Part shown: positions 1 through 8,439 of the stretch, piece by piece
How the letters are laid out: the number at the start of each line of letters is the position of its first letter
How positions within the stretch are numbered: position 1 is the stretch's first letter
From: Pseudomonas sp. NPDC086278
Lineage (GTDB): Bacteria; Pseudomonadota; Gammaproteobacteria; Pseudomonadales; Pseudomonadaceae
NCBI RefSeq assembly: GCF_050280905.1
Contig: NZ_JBNNWE010000002.1
Span: forward strand, 99,593 to 123,592
Direction of reading: 5' to 3'
DNA length: 24,000 nucleotides
Position numbers and translations under genes: made by a program
Notes under the pieces: generated by a model
Told to the model about the DNA's origin: nothing
Seen by the model: only the letters and a program-made list of their open reading frames with translations
The model's database searches: none

Positions 1-53
1 CGCGTTTTACTGAAAAGCGAGCTGCCAGCGGGCGGCTTGCGCAATGAAGCCGA

Positions 54-1163
54 TCACTCGGTGAACGCAATGCTCTCGACCACTTCCAGGTCGTAACCTG
101 TCAAACCCGCGTATTTCAGCGGAGGCCCCAGATGTCGCAACTTGCCGACACCGAGGTCTTGCAGAATTTGGGCCCCGGTACCCACTTCAGAATAGATGCG
201 CGACTGCGAGCGGCTGAACTGACGGGGAGCCTGAGTCAACTGTGGCACCCGCTCAAGCAATGCCTGAGAAGATTCATGATTGGCCAGTACGACGACGACG
301 CCTCGACCTTCTGCGGCCACTCGTTGTAACGCGGCCCATAACGTCCAGTTGGAAGGGCCGCTGTAGTCGGCGCCCACCAGATCGCGCAATGGGTCGATCA
401 CGTGGACGCGTACCAGTGTCGGCTCATCCCGCTGCAGAGTGCCCATGACCATCGCCATGTGGACGCCGCCTTCGATCCGGTCCTCGAAAGTAATCAGGCG
501 GAAGGTGCCATGCACAGTGGGCAATTCCCGCTCGCCGATGCGGACCACGGTGTGTTCAGTGCTGAGGCGGTAGTGAATCAGGTCGGCGATGGTGCCGATC
601 TTTATGCCGTGCCGTCGTGCGAACACCTCCAGGTCCGGTCGGCGAGCCATGGTGCCGTCGTCGTTCATGACTTCGACGATCACCGATGCCGGCGTGAAGC
701 CGGCCAGGCGGGCCAGGTCGCACCCTGCTTCGGTGTGACCGGCACGGGTTAACACGCCGCCTTCCTTGGCGCGCAACGGAAAGATGTGGCCCGGTTGTAC
801 CAGATCTGCAGGACCTGCTTCAGCGGCGACTGCTGCCGCGACAGTGCGCGCCCGGTCGGCAGCCGAGATGCCGGTGGTCACACCGATTGCGGCTTCGATA
901 GAGACGGTGAAGGCGGTGCTAAAGACGCTGCCATTGCTGGGCACCATTTGCTCCAGCCCCAGCCGTTGACAGTGCTCATCAGTCAACGTGAGGCAGATCA
1001 GGCCACGGGCCTCACGGGCCATGAAGCTGATGGCCTCGGCGGTGCAACAGTCAGCGGCCAGCAGCAGGTCGCCTTCGTTTTCCCGGTCTTCGTCATCAAC
1101 CAAGAGCACCATTTTGCCGAGACGATAGTCTTCGATGATTTCTTCGATACTGTTGAAGGCCAT
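54..1163 (-). CDS. ribBA: 3,4-dihydroxy-2-butanone-4-phosphate synthase fused to a degenerate GTP cyclohydrolase II-like domain (RibBA paralogue)
   Basis: 369-aa ORF with an ATG start. The N-terminal half carries DHBP synthase hallmarks ([26 protein letters not shown]). The C-terminal half is GCHII-like, but the segment where RibA has its zinc Cys triad reads [13 protein letters not shown] and the whole C-terminal half has no Cys. It is not flanked by other rib genes. Confidence 0.9.
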   Translation of the reverse strand: MAFNSIEEIIEDYRLGKMVLLVDDEDRENEGDLLLAADCCTAEAISFMAREARGLICLTLTDEHCQRLGLEQMVPSNGSVFSTAFTVSIEAAIGVTTGISAADRARTVAAAVAAEAGPADLVQPGHIFPLRAKEGGVLTRAGHTEAGCDLARLAGFTPASVIVEVMNDDGTMARRPDLEVFARRHGIKIGTIADLIHYRLSTEHTVVRIGERELPTVHGTFRLITFEDRIEGGVHMAMVMGTLQRDEPTLVRVHVIDPLRDLVGADYSGPSNWTLWAALQRVAAEGRGVVVVLANHESSQALLERVPQLTQAPRQFSRSQSRIYSEVGTGAQILQDLGVGKLRHLGPPLKYAGLTGYDLEVVESIAFTE

Positions 1164-1196
1164 GTTGGAGTCTCTTTACTGGATGGGTGTATATTC

Positions 1197-1212
1197 TGGT
1201 ATACCATAATAC
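1197..1212. promoter_or_regulatory. Candidate GntR-family operator, copy 1 (TGGTATACCATAATAC; perfect 10-bp palindrome TGGTATACCA at 1197-1206)
   Basis: It lies in the 70-nt divergent intergenic region between ribBA (start 1163) and the DUF1330 gene (start 1234). The 16-mer is identical to 6943-6958. The GT..AC palindromic core fits the general GntR-family operator architecture. Confidence 0.5.
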
Positions 1213-1233
1213 AAAGCCAACCAAGAGGTCACT

Positions 1234-1530
1234 ATGAAAGCGTACTGGATTGCTCATGTAGACATCACCGACACCGACCAATACAGCCAATATACACAGC
1301 GGGCGCCAGCAGCTTTTGCGCTGTACGGCGGACGAATATTGGCGCGGGGCGGACGTAGCGAGGCGATGGAAGGGCGGCAGGCACCGCAACGCAGCGTGGT
1401 GATCGAATTCGATTCTTACGAGCAAGCGGTGGCGTGTTACCGCTCAGAGCAGTATCAAGAGGCGAGAGGCTACCGCGAGGGCGTGGCTCGGGCCGAAATT
1501 ATCATTGTTGAAGGCGTGGCGCCTTGCTGA
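1234..1530 (+). CDS. DUF1330 domain protein
   Basis: 98-aa ORF with SD AAGAGG 5 nt upstream of the ATG. The translation (MKAYWIAHVDITD...VVIEFDSYEQAVACYRSEQYQEA) matches the DUF1330 pattern as I recall it. Third codon positions are GC-rich. Confidence 0.85.
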   Translation: MKAYWIAHVDITDTDQYSQYTQRAPAAFALYGGRILARGGRSEAMEGRQAPQRSVVIEFDSYEQAVACYRSEQYQEARGYREGVARAEIIIVEGVAPC

Positions 1531-1533
1531 ACG

Positions 1534-2852
<1,319 letters not shown>

Positions 2853-2882
2853 GGGGTCCGCTCTGAATGTGGCTGTCCATGC

Positions 2883-2919
2883 AAAAAGAGCACCGCGATC
2901 ATCTCGATCATCCGTGCTC
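2883..2919 (-). terminator. Candidate weak intrinsic terminator or attenuator between the CMD gene and the GntR gene
   Basis: On the minus strand, GAGCAC (2919-2914) pairs with GTGCTC (2893-2888) around a 20-nt loop and is followed by T5 (2887-2883). It starts 7 nt after the CMD stop. The stem is short and the loop is long. Confidence 0.3.
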
Positions 2920-2926
2920 GTTCAGA

Positions 2927-3331
2927 TCAAACAGCCGAGGGTTGACTGGAGGCCTCGGCATCGGCTTCGGTGAAGGCTTCACGGGCAAGCCGGAAACTGT
3001 CTACGGCCGCGGGAACGCCGCAATAAATACCGACCTGAAGCAGGATTTCGCGTATTTGTTCACGAGTCAGACCGTTACGCAAGGCTCCGCGCACATGCAG
3101 CTTCAGCTCGTGAGGCCTGTTGAGGGCCGAAATCATGGCCAAGTTTATCATGCTGCGTTCTTTAAGCGACAAACCCTCCCGACCCCACACATGACCCCAG
3201 CAGTACTCCGTGACCATTTCCTGCAACGGCCGATTGAAGTCGTCGGCGTTCTCGATCGAACGATTGACGTAGGTCTCGCCTAGCACCTGTTTGCGAATTT
3301 TCAGGCCTTTTTCATAGGTGTCGTTGTTCAT
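2927..3331 (-). CDS. Carboxymuconolactone decarboxylase (CMD/AhpD-like, PcaC-like) family protein
   Basis: The ORF is open from 3400. I place the start at the ATG at 3331 (MNNDTYEKGLKIRKQVLGE...) because GAGGA lies 5 nt upstream and the upstream extension runs into the REP element. The translation has the CMD-family pattern (WGRE.LSLKERSMI.LA...EL..H...A..NGLT..QI.E.LLQ...Y.G.P). Confidence 0.85.
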   Translation of the reverse strand: MNNDTYEKGLKIRKQVLGETYVNRSIENADDFNRPLQEMVTEYCWGHVWGREGLSLKERSMINLAMISALNRPHELKLHVRGALRNGLTREQIREILLQVGIYCGVPAAVDSFRLAREAFTEADAEASSQPSAV

Positions 3332-3350
3332 TTCATCCTCGCTCAGCATT

Positions 3351-3445
3351 CCTTGTGGGAGCGAGCACGCTCGCGGAAGCGGTGTCTCAGTCAGCATCAA
3401 TGTCGACTGTGCGACCGGATCGCGGGCAAGCCCGCTCCCACAGGG
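3351..3445. repeat. REP doublet (REPIN-like): two inverted Pseudomonas REP units
   Basis: CCTTGTGGGAGCGAGCACGCTCGCG (3351-3375) faces the reverse complement of CCCTGTGGGAGCGGGCTTGCCCGCG (3445-3421). Each unit has its own internal palindrome (GCGAGC..GCTCGC and GCGGGC..GCCCGC). It lies in the 130-nt gap between the flavin reductase and CMD genes. Confidence 0.75.
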
Positions 3446-3461
3446 TTTTGCGTGAAACTGT

Positions 3462-3947
3462 TCAGGCTAAAGTGGGCAGAGGGCCCAATTTTCCTTTGTG
3501 GTAGATCATCGGTGTAACGGGCTGCTCGGGAAGAATCAGATTCTTGACCGCACCGACGATAATCGCGTGATCACCGCCGTCGTACTCGCGCCACAATTCG
3601 CACTCGATGATTGCCGTGGCTTTGCCCAGTAACGGATTGCCCAGCGCGCTCAAGTGCCATTCGATGCCTTTGGCCTTTTCCTTGCCTTTGCTGGCAAATG
3701 CATAGGCTTCCGCCGTTTGGTCGGCGGACAGCAGGTGAATCGCGAACTGTTTGCTGTCACGCAGGACCGGGTAGGTGTCCGAGGCATAGTTGGGGCAGAA
3801 CAACACCAGTGCCGGATCAATCGACAGCGCGCTGAACGCACTGGCGGTGATGCCGACGATGCCACCTTCCGGGTCCAGCGTGGTGACAACCGTTACCCCG
3901 GAAGGGAACGAGCTCATGACGTCTTTGTAAATGCCGGGTTCGATCAT
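3462..3947 (-). CDS. Flavin reductase family protein (FMN-binding split-barrel, HpaC/RutF-like)
   Basis: 161-aa ORF. The translation has the Flavin_Reduct pattern (FPSGVTVVTT....G..G.TASAF.S.S.DP.LV.....). Confidence 0.9.
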   Translation of the reverse strand: MIEPGIYKDVMSSFPSGVTVVTTLDPEGGIVGITASAFSALSIDPALVLFCPNYASDTYPVLRDSKQFAIHLLSADQTAEAYAFASKGKEKAKGIEWHLSALGNPLLGKATAIIECELWREYDGGDHAIIVGAVKNLILPEQPVTPMIYHKGKLGPLPTLA

Positions 3948-3959
3948 GGAAGAGGTCTC

Positions 3960-5441
3960 TTAGCGCATCACGAAAGGATCAGGCATTGGAGCCTGAGAGA
4001 GGTTGATCCACACCGTTTTGAGTTCGGTGTAGGCCAGCACCGAATCGATGCCGCTCTCACGTCCATAGCCGCTGTTCTTGAAACCGCCAATCGGCGCCAT
4101 CGCCGATACGGCGCGGTAGGTATTGACCCAGATAATGCCCGAGCGTACGTCGCGGGCCAGTCGATGGGCGCGCCCGAGATCGCGAGTCCAGATACCGGCA
4201 GCCAGACCGAACTGAGAGTCGTTGGCGATTGCCAGTGCTTCGGCTTCATCCTTGAAACGTATGACTGAGGCCACAGGACCGAACACTTCTTCCTGCATGA
4301 TCTTCATCGAGTTGCTGTCGCACTCGAACAATGTCGGCTCGTAGAACCAGCCTTCACCCAAATTCTGTGGGCGCTTGCCGCCCATGCGCAGACGCGCACC
4401 TTCGGCGATGGCATCGGCGACCAGACCTTCGACCACGGCCAGTTGCTGCGCGGTAGCCATCGGCCCCATCTCGCTGCTGTCTTCCTGGGGGTTGCCGATG
4501 CGGATGCGCTTGGCGCGCTCGACCAGACGCTCGACGAATTCATCGTAGATTTCGTCTTGGACCAGCAGGCGCGAACCAGAGACGCAACTTTGCCCGGAAG
4601 CCGCATAGATCCCGGCAATAGCACCGTTGATGGCGCTGTCGAGGTCAGCGTCGGAAAAAATGATATTGGGCGATTTGCCACCCAGTTCCAGCGACAACTT
4701 GGCGAAATTTTCAGCGCTGCTGCGCACCACATGGCGCGCCGTTGCTGCACCGCCGGTGAAGGCGATTTTGCGCACCAGTGGATGGCGGGTGAGGGCAGCG
4801 CCAGTGCTTGGGCCGTAACCGGTGACGACGTTGACAACACCCGGTGGAATACCCGCTTCCAGCGCCAGGCGCGCCAGCTCGAGAATAGTCGCCGAGGCAT
4901 GTTCCGACGGTTTGATCACAATGGTATTGCCTGCCGCCAAGGCCGGGGCCAGTTTTATCGCGGTCAGGTAAAGCGGGCTGTTCCATGGAATGATCGCCGC
5001 GACCACGCCCATGGCTTCGTGCACCGTGTAGGCAAACAGGTCGGGCTTGTCCAGCGGCAAGGTGCCGCCTTCAAGCTTGTCCGCGAGGCCCGCGGTGTAG
5101 TGGAAGAACTCGGGAAGATAGTTGACCTGGCCACGGGTTTCGCGGATCAGCTTGCCGTTGTCGCGGCTTTCCAGCTGTGCCAGTTGCTCTTTGTTTTCTG
5201 CGATTAGATCGCCCAGGCGTCGCAGTAATTTGCCCCGTGCGGTGGCGGTCAATCCGCGCCAGGCCGGGCTATCGAACGCGGTCTGCGCAGCATTGACCGC
5301 GCGCTCGACGTCCGCTTCGTCGGCATCGGGCAGCTCAGCCCAAGGTTCGGCCAAGGCAGGATTCAGGCTTTGGAAGGTCTTGCCGCAGAGGGCATCGACC
5401 CATTCACCGCCGATGCACATCTGGAAGCGTGCGAGTGTCAT
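3960..5441 (-). CDS. NAD(P)-dependent aldehyde dehydrogenase
   Basis: 493-aa ORF with the catalytic Glu motif ELGGKSP, the catalytic Cys motif GQSCVSGSR and the cofactor motif FTGG. Its start overlaps the stop of the upstream hydrolase by 4 nt (ATGA). Confidence 0.95.
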   Translation of the reverse strand: MTLARFQMCIGGEWVDALCGKTFQSLNPALAEPWAELPDADEADVERAVNAAQTAFDSPAWRGLTATARGKLLRRLGDLIAENKEQLAQLESRDNGKLIRETRGQVNYLPEFFHYTAGLADKLEGGTLPLDKPDLFAYTVHEAMGVVAAIIPWNSPLYLTAIKLAPALAAGNTIVIKPSEHASATILELARLALEAGIPPGVVNVVTGYGPSTGAALTRHPLVRKIAFTGGAATARHVVRSSAENFAKLSLELGGKSPNIIFSDADLDSAINGAIAGIYAASGQSCVSGSRLLVQDEIYDEFVERLVERAKRIRIGNPQEDSSEMGPMATAQQLAVVEGLVADAIAEGARLRMGGKRPQNLGEGWFYEPTLFECDSNSMKIMQEEVFGPVASVIRFKDEAEALAIANDSQFGLAAGIWTRDLGRAHRLARDVRSGIIWVNTYRAVSAMAPIGGFKNSGYGRESGIDSVLAYTELKTVWINLSQAPMPDPFVMR

Positions 5442-6271
5442 GCAACGATCCCCTTGATCTGGTTTTGTTCGGAGTACGCGTTGTCGAGAAACGCCAGGAG
5501 CATCTGGTTCACCAGTCGCGGCGATTCTACCGGCATCATATGCCGCTGCTCGGCGAGCACCGCAACGGTGGCGCCGGGAATTCGTTCGGCTAACTGCATG
5601 GCCATTTGCGGTGTTGAACCCGGGTCCAGCTCACCTGTGGCGATCAGCGTTGGCACGTGAATGCAACCCAGGTCATCAGCGCGGTACATGTCCTGGGTCG
5701 CGAACAGCTCATAGGTGGTCAAGTAACCCTGCGGGTCATTGTTGGCCAAGGTTTGGCGCAAGGCCGCGATCTGTGCAGGGTTGGCTGCCTGGTATTCACG
5801 ACTGAACCAACGCGACAGCGCCGCTTCGGCATTGGCGTCTGGCCCATGCTCCGCTGCCTGACTGGTGCGAGCGATCACACCGGCTCGCTGCTCGGGGCTG
5901 CGATTGAACACGCTGTTGAGCACCACCAGGCCCCGCAGGCGCTCCGGGTAATGCAAAGCAAATGCCCGTGCAACAAGCCCGCCCATGGAAAAACCGATCA
6001 CCGTCGCCTGAGGCAGTTGCAGGTGGTCGAGTAGCTCCCGCAGTTGATCGGCATAGCCGAGCAACGGGGTTCCGCTTTCCGGAAGTGGACTGGCTCCGTG
6101 GCCGAGCATGTCATAGGCAATCACCCGATATTGCGAAGACAGGCCAACGACTTGCCCGCCCCACATTTCTTTGTTCAGGCCCACGCCGTGGATCAGGACC
6201 ACGGGTTGGCCTTGGCCGGTCGCTATATAACTGGTGCCAGCCTGGGTGTGTTCAGCGGTGAGCCGAATCAT
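5438..6271 (-). CDS. Alpha/beta hydrolase (3-oxoadipate enol-lactonase/PcaD-like or RutD-like)
   Basis: 277-aa ORF with the nucleophile elbow GFSMGG and an HG oxyanion motif (VLIHGVG). SD AGGAG lies 6 nt upstream of the ATG. Confidence 0.9.
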   Translation of the reverse strand: MIRLTAEHTQAGTSYIATGQGQPVVLIHGVGLNKEMWGGQVVGLSSQYRVIAYDMLGHGASPLPESGTPLLGYADQLRELLDHLQLPQATVIGFSMGGLVARAFALHYPERLRGLVVLNSVFNRSPEQRAGVIARTSQAAEHGPDANAEAALSRWFSREYQAANPAQIAALRQTLANNDPQGYLTTYELFATQDMYRADDLGCIHVPTLIATGELDPGSTPQMAMQLAERIPGATVAVLAEQRHMMPVESPRLVNQMLLAFLDNAYSEQNQIKGIVA

Positions 6272-6313
6272 GGAACGCTCCTGCAGCTTTTTTTGTCGCT
6301 GCTCTCAGCGGAA

Positions 6314-6904
6314 TCACTGGGCCTTTTCGGCAGCCAGTTCTTCCAGATCGATGTAACGATTGCCAATGCGCGGGTGCAGTCGGCCGCCGTCGGCACAGCC
6401 CAGCACCACGACAATTTCGTCGGCGCGCGGTGCATCTTCGATCTTCATTTCCAGGGTGATGTAGTGCGAGCGCAGACCTTCATCGTCCTTGTGCATCATT
6501 GGAATCTGAATGGATGTGCCCGGGCCGCCGCGCTTGTTGGTGAAGCTCAGGTAGCTCTTGGCTTTCACCGCTTCGCGGTAATGATTGCCGAAACGCAAGG
6601 TATGGATGACCGCAGAGGCATGTTCGATTTCACCGTCGGCGCCCACTACGGCGGCTTTGCCGTAAGCCTCGATTTTTTCGGCGCCGCCGATGATCCCGAC
6701 CAGACGCTCAACCATCAGCGCGCCGAGGTCCGAGCAATTGGCGCGGATTTGCGGCTTCAGGTCTTCAACAAAACCATTCCCCAGCCATGGGTTTTTCATC
6801 ACGACGGCCAGACCGACCATGGTCACCGGGGTATCGGTGGCCTTGCCGCCTTCTATAAAGGTTTCTTCGACGTAGCTGACGATCTTGCGGATTTCGAAAC
6901 TCAT
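6314..6904 (-). CDS. Amino acid synthesis family protein (AA_synth / DUF1185), function unknown
   Basis: 196-aa ORF. It is the first gene of the minus-strand string. The translation (MSFEIRKIV.YVEET..EGGK......) resembles the PF06684-type family as I recall it. Confidence 0.8.
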   Translation of the reverse strand: MSFEIRKIVSYVEETFIEGGKATDTPVTMVGLAVVMKNPWLGNGFVEDLKPQIRANCSDLGALMVERLVGIIGGAEKIEAYGKAAVVGADGEIEHASAVIHTLRFGNHYREAVKAKSYLSFTNKRGGPGTSIQIPMMHKDDEGLRSHYITLEMKIEDAPRADEIVVVLGCADGGRLHPRIGNRYIDLEELAAEKAQ

Positions 6905-6942
6905 GAGCTGCTCCGTGTGAGGTAAAGTGTCTCTGCGTCTGA

Positions 6943-6958
6943 TGGTATACCATAATAC
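6943..6958. promoter_or_regulatory. Candidate GntR-family operator, copy 2 (TGGTATACCATAATAC)
   Basis: The 16-mer is identical to 1197-1212. The palindrome (6943-6952) lies 38 nt upstream of the AA_synth start codon at 6904. On the minus strand the element reads GTATTATGGTATACCA, which contains a -10-like TATTAT. Confidence 0.5.
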
Positions 6959-6995
6959 CGTTAGCGCAAGGGTCAGATTTGAAATGTCGCGGTAA

Positions 6996-7295
6996 GGCGA
7001 CGAAACGAAGGGGTGCAGCGATTTGCAGTGCTATAGGGACGGCTTGCCATTTATTGAAGGCGACCGCGTGGAGCTGCAATAACTGCTCAACGTGATCATG
7101 AATGCGCTCGAAGCGATGGGTGCTGTTGAACTGGCTGAACGCCAATTGCAGATCAGCGCGGTGTTGAACGATGAGGGCGGCGTGCTGGTGAGCGGCAGCG
7201 ATGCGGGGGGATTAGCTGCGGAACACATCGAGCAGGTATTGGGGGCGTTCGTTCGCGGACCTGGTCCGAGAAGTAGGTGGTCTTGTTGCCAATGA
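6996..7295 (+). pseudogene. Relic of a sensor histidine kinase (HATPase_c N-box region only, with an in-frame stop)
   Basis: The frame reads ...GLPFIEGDRVELQ*LLNVIMNALEAMG...VLVSGSDAGGLAAEHIEQV. This matches the common kinase pattern GDR.QLQQVL.NL..NA.EAM...V.D.G.G. A TAA at 7080-7082 replaces the second Q. There is no HisKA or sensor region upstream and the G-boxes are degraded. Confidence 0.55.
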
Positions 7296-7404
7296 AGGTG
7301 CTGACGGGCTCGTCGCGGCTATCGTCCCGCGCCACGTAAGCCGCCTGCGTTGACTACCTGGGTGCAGTCCGGCAAGGCAAGCCTGGGCTGTTATTGGCCG
7401 GGCA

Positions 7405-7644
7405 CTATAAAAGCCACGTATTCACCACCCGCCGATCCAGCTCTTCCCAATCCGCCATGCCCAGCACCCGCGTGGTGTTCAAGCCGCGCAAGTAACCGCG
7501 CAACTGATGGGCGGTGGCCCGGGCAAGCTCCGGCTCAGGCGTCTCTTCGGCCAACAGTACACTTTCGTACTGGATCAGGTAGTCGGCGACCCGGTCACGG
7601 AACTCGGGCAAAACGGCATCGCGGATCAGGTCAAACGTTCTCAA
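7405..7644 (-). CDS. Hypothetical small protein (79 aa)
   Basis: TTG start with GAGGA 6 nt upstream. Third codon positions are strongly GC-rich in this frame. I recognise no family. Confidence 0.45.
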   Translation of the reverse strand: MRTFDLIRDAVLPEFRDRVADYLIQYESVLLAEETPEPELARATAHQLRGYLRGLNTTRVLGMADWEELDRRVVNTWLL

Positions 7645-7802
7645 GGAGAGTCCTCATCAGTCTGTTACAGGGTTGATCGAGTGTTCAGGCGCGTGCACGG
7701 CGCACAACTATTGCTAGACGTAATAGTGACCATCACCAAACGCAAGTTCTACTTGGTGGGCAATTCCCTGAAAATCGCCGCCATCGAACGGCGACTCAAG
7801 AA

Positions 7803-8195
7803 ATGTGCGCGATGAATACATTAACCCGATTGGCCATTTTCAGGATGACCCCGATGCACTCTTTATCAGTATCGGCGATGGCAGTTGCCTCGTTGTTGCT
7901 CGCCGGTTGCGCCTCCGCGCCAAACGCCCCGACCCTGACATTGCAGACCAGCAAGACGCCGGCTCAATACGCGGACTGCGTTGTACCGAAACTGCAAGGC
8001 AGCGCGTTGAATCCGACCGTCTCGCAGACTCAGCGCAGCTATCGGATTGTGGTGCCGAGCAAAATTTCGGCAAACAACGTGCTCGAAGCCTATAAGGCCG
8101 GGAGCGGCGGCAAAGTGTTCATCTACGAGCGGCATTTGCTGGCGTCGAACTTTTTGCCCTCAAGTTTTGAACGCGCCGCGCAGGATTGCATCTGA
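7803..8195 (+). CDS. Putative lipoprotein of unknown function
   Basis: It has a signal peptide with the lipobox LLAGC (…AMAVASLLLAGCASAPN). The start is ambiguous: ATG at 7803, 7812, 7845 or 7854. AGGA lies 8 nt before 7854. Two intrinsic terminators follow the gene. Confidence 0.7.
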   Translation: MCAMNTLTRLAIFRMTPMHSLSVSAMAVASLLLAGCASAPNAPTLTLQTSKTPAQYADCVVPKLQGSALNPTVSQTQRSYRIVVPSKISANNVLEAYKAGSGGKVFIYERHLLASNFLPSSFERAAQDCI

Positions 8196-8227
8196 CACAC
8201 AGACGTAAACGTTTTTACAGAGCTCCT

Positions 8228-8255
8228 TTGGTTGGCCGCAACCAACCAATTTTTT
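8228..8255 (+). terminator. Intrinsic terminator 1
   Basis: TTGGTTGG (8228-8235) pairs with CCAACCAA (8242-8249) around a 6-nt loop and is followed by T6. Confidence 0.6.
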
Positions 8256-8256
8256 G

Positions 8257-8290
8257 CCCCGCACCGCGATCGGTTGCGGGGTTTTTTTTT
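8257..8290 (+). terminator. Intrinsic terminator 2
   Basis: CCCCGCACCG pairs with CGGTTGCGGGG to give a 10-bp GC-rich stem with one bulge and a 4-nt loop. T9 (8282-8290) follows. Confidence 0.8.
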
Positions 8291-8439
8291 GCATGACCCG
8301 CTGTCCGTCTCCTGGTTGGGACCAAAGCGAATAAAACTATTGAAAAAAACCGCTATAAGCTTTAAACGAGAAGCTCATTGGCACGTTGCTCGCATTCAGT
8401 AAGTGGGTATCGCCAGGTTTTTTGGCTCAGGGAGCGCTG

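Noticed and set aside
1-53. Possible intrinsic terminator downstream of ribBA (AGCGAGCTGCC..GGCGGCTTGCG followed on the minus strand by TTTT)
   Set aside because: On the minus-strand transcript the stem has three mismatches; the G-U wobbles exist only on the plus-strand RNA. The window edge also prevents seeing the full context.
1164-1233. Possible FMN riboswitch in the leader of the ribBA-like gene
   Set aside because: Only 70 nt separate the ribBA start from the divergent DUF1330 start, which is too short for an FMN aptamer plus expression platform. I see none of the conserved FMN-element segments. Beyond 1234 the DNA encodes a well-supported DUF1330 protein on the other strand.
7350-7815. 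Plus-strand ORFs of 108 aa (7350..7676) and 102 aa (7507..7815) overlapping the 79-aa minus-strand gene
   Set aside because: Their translations are low-complexity and Pro/Arg/Gly/Ser-rich, with no SD. The GC3 bias favours the minus-strand frame.
8386-8439. TTG start at 8386 for the GGDEF-EAL gene
   Set aside because: The ATG at 8440 has a well-spaced GGGAG SD, and the 18-aa extension adds nothing recognisable.
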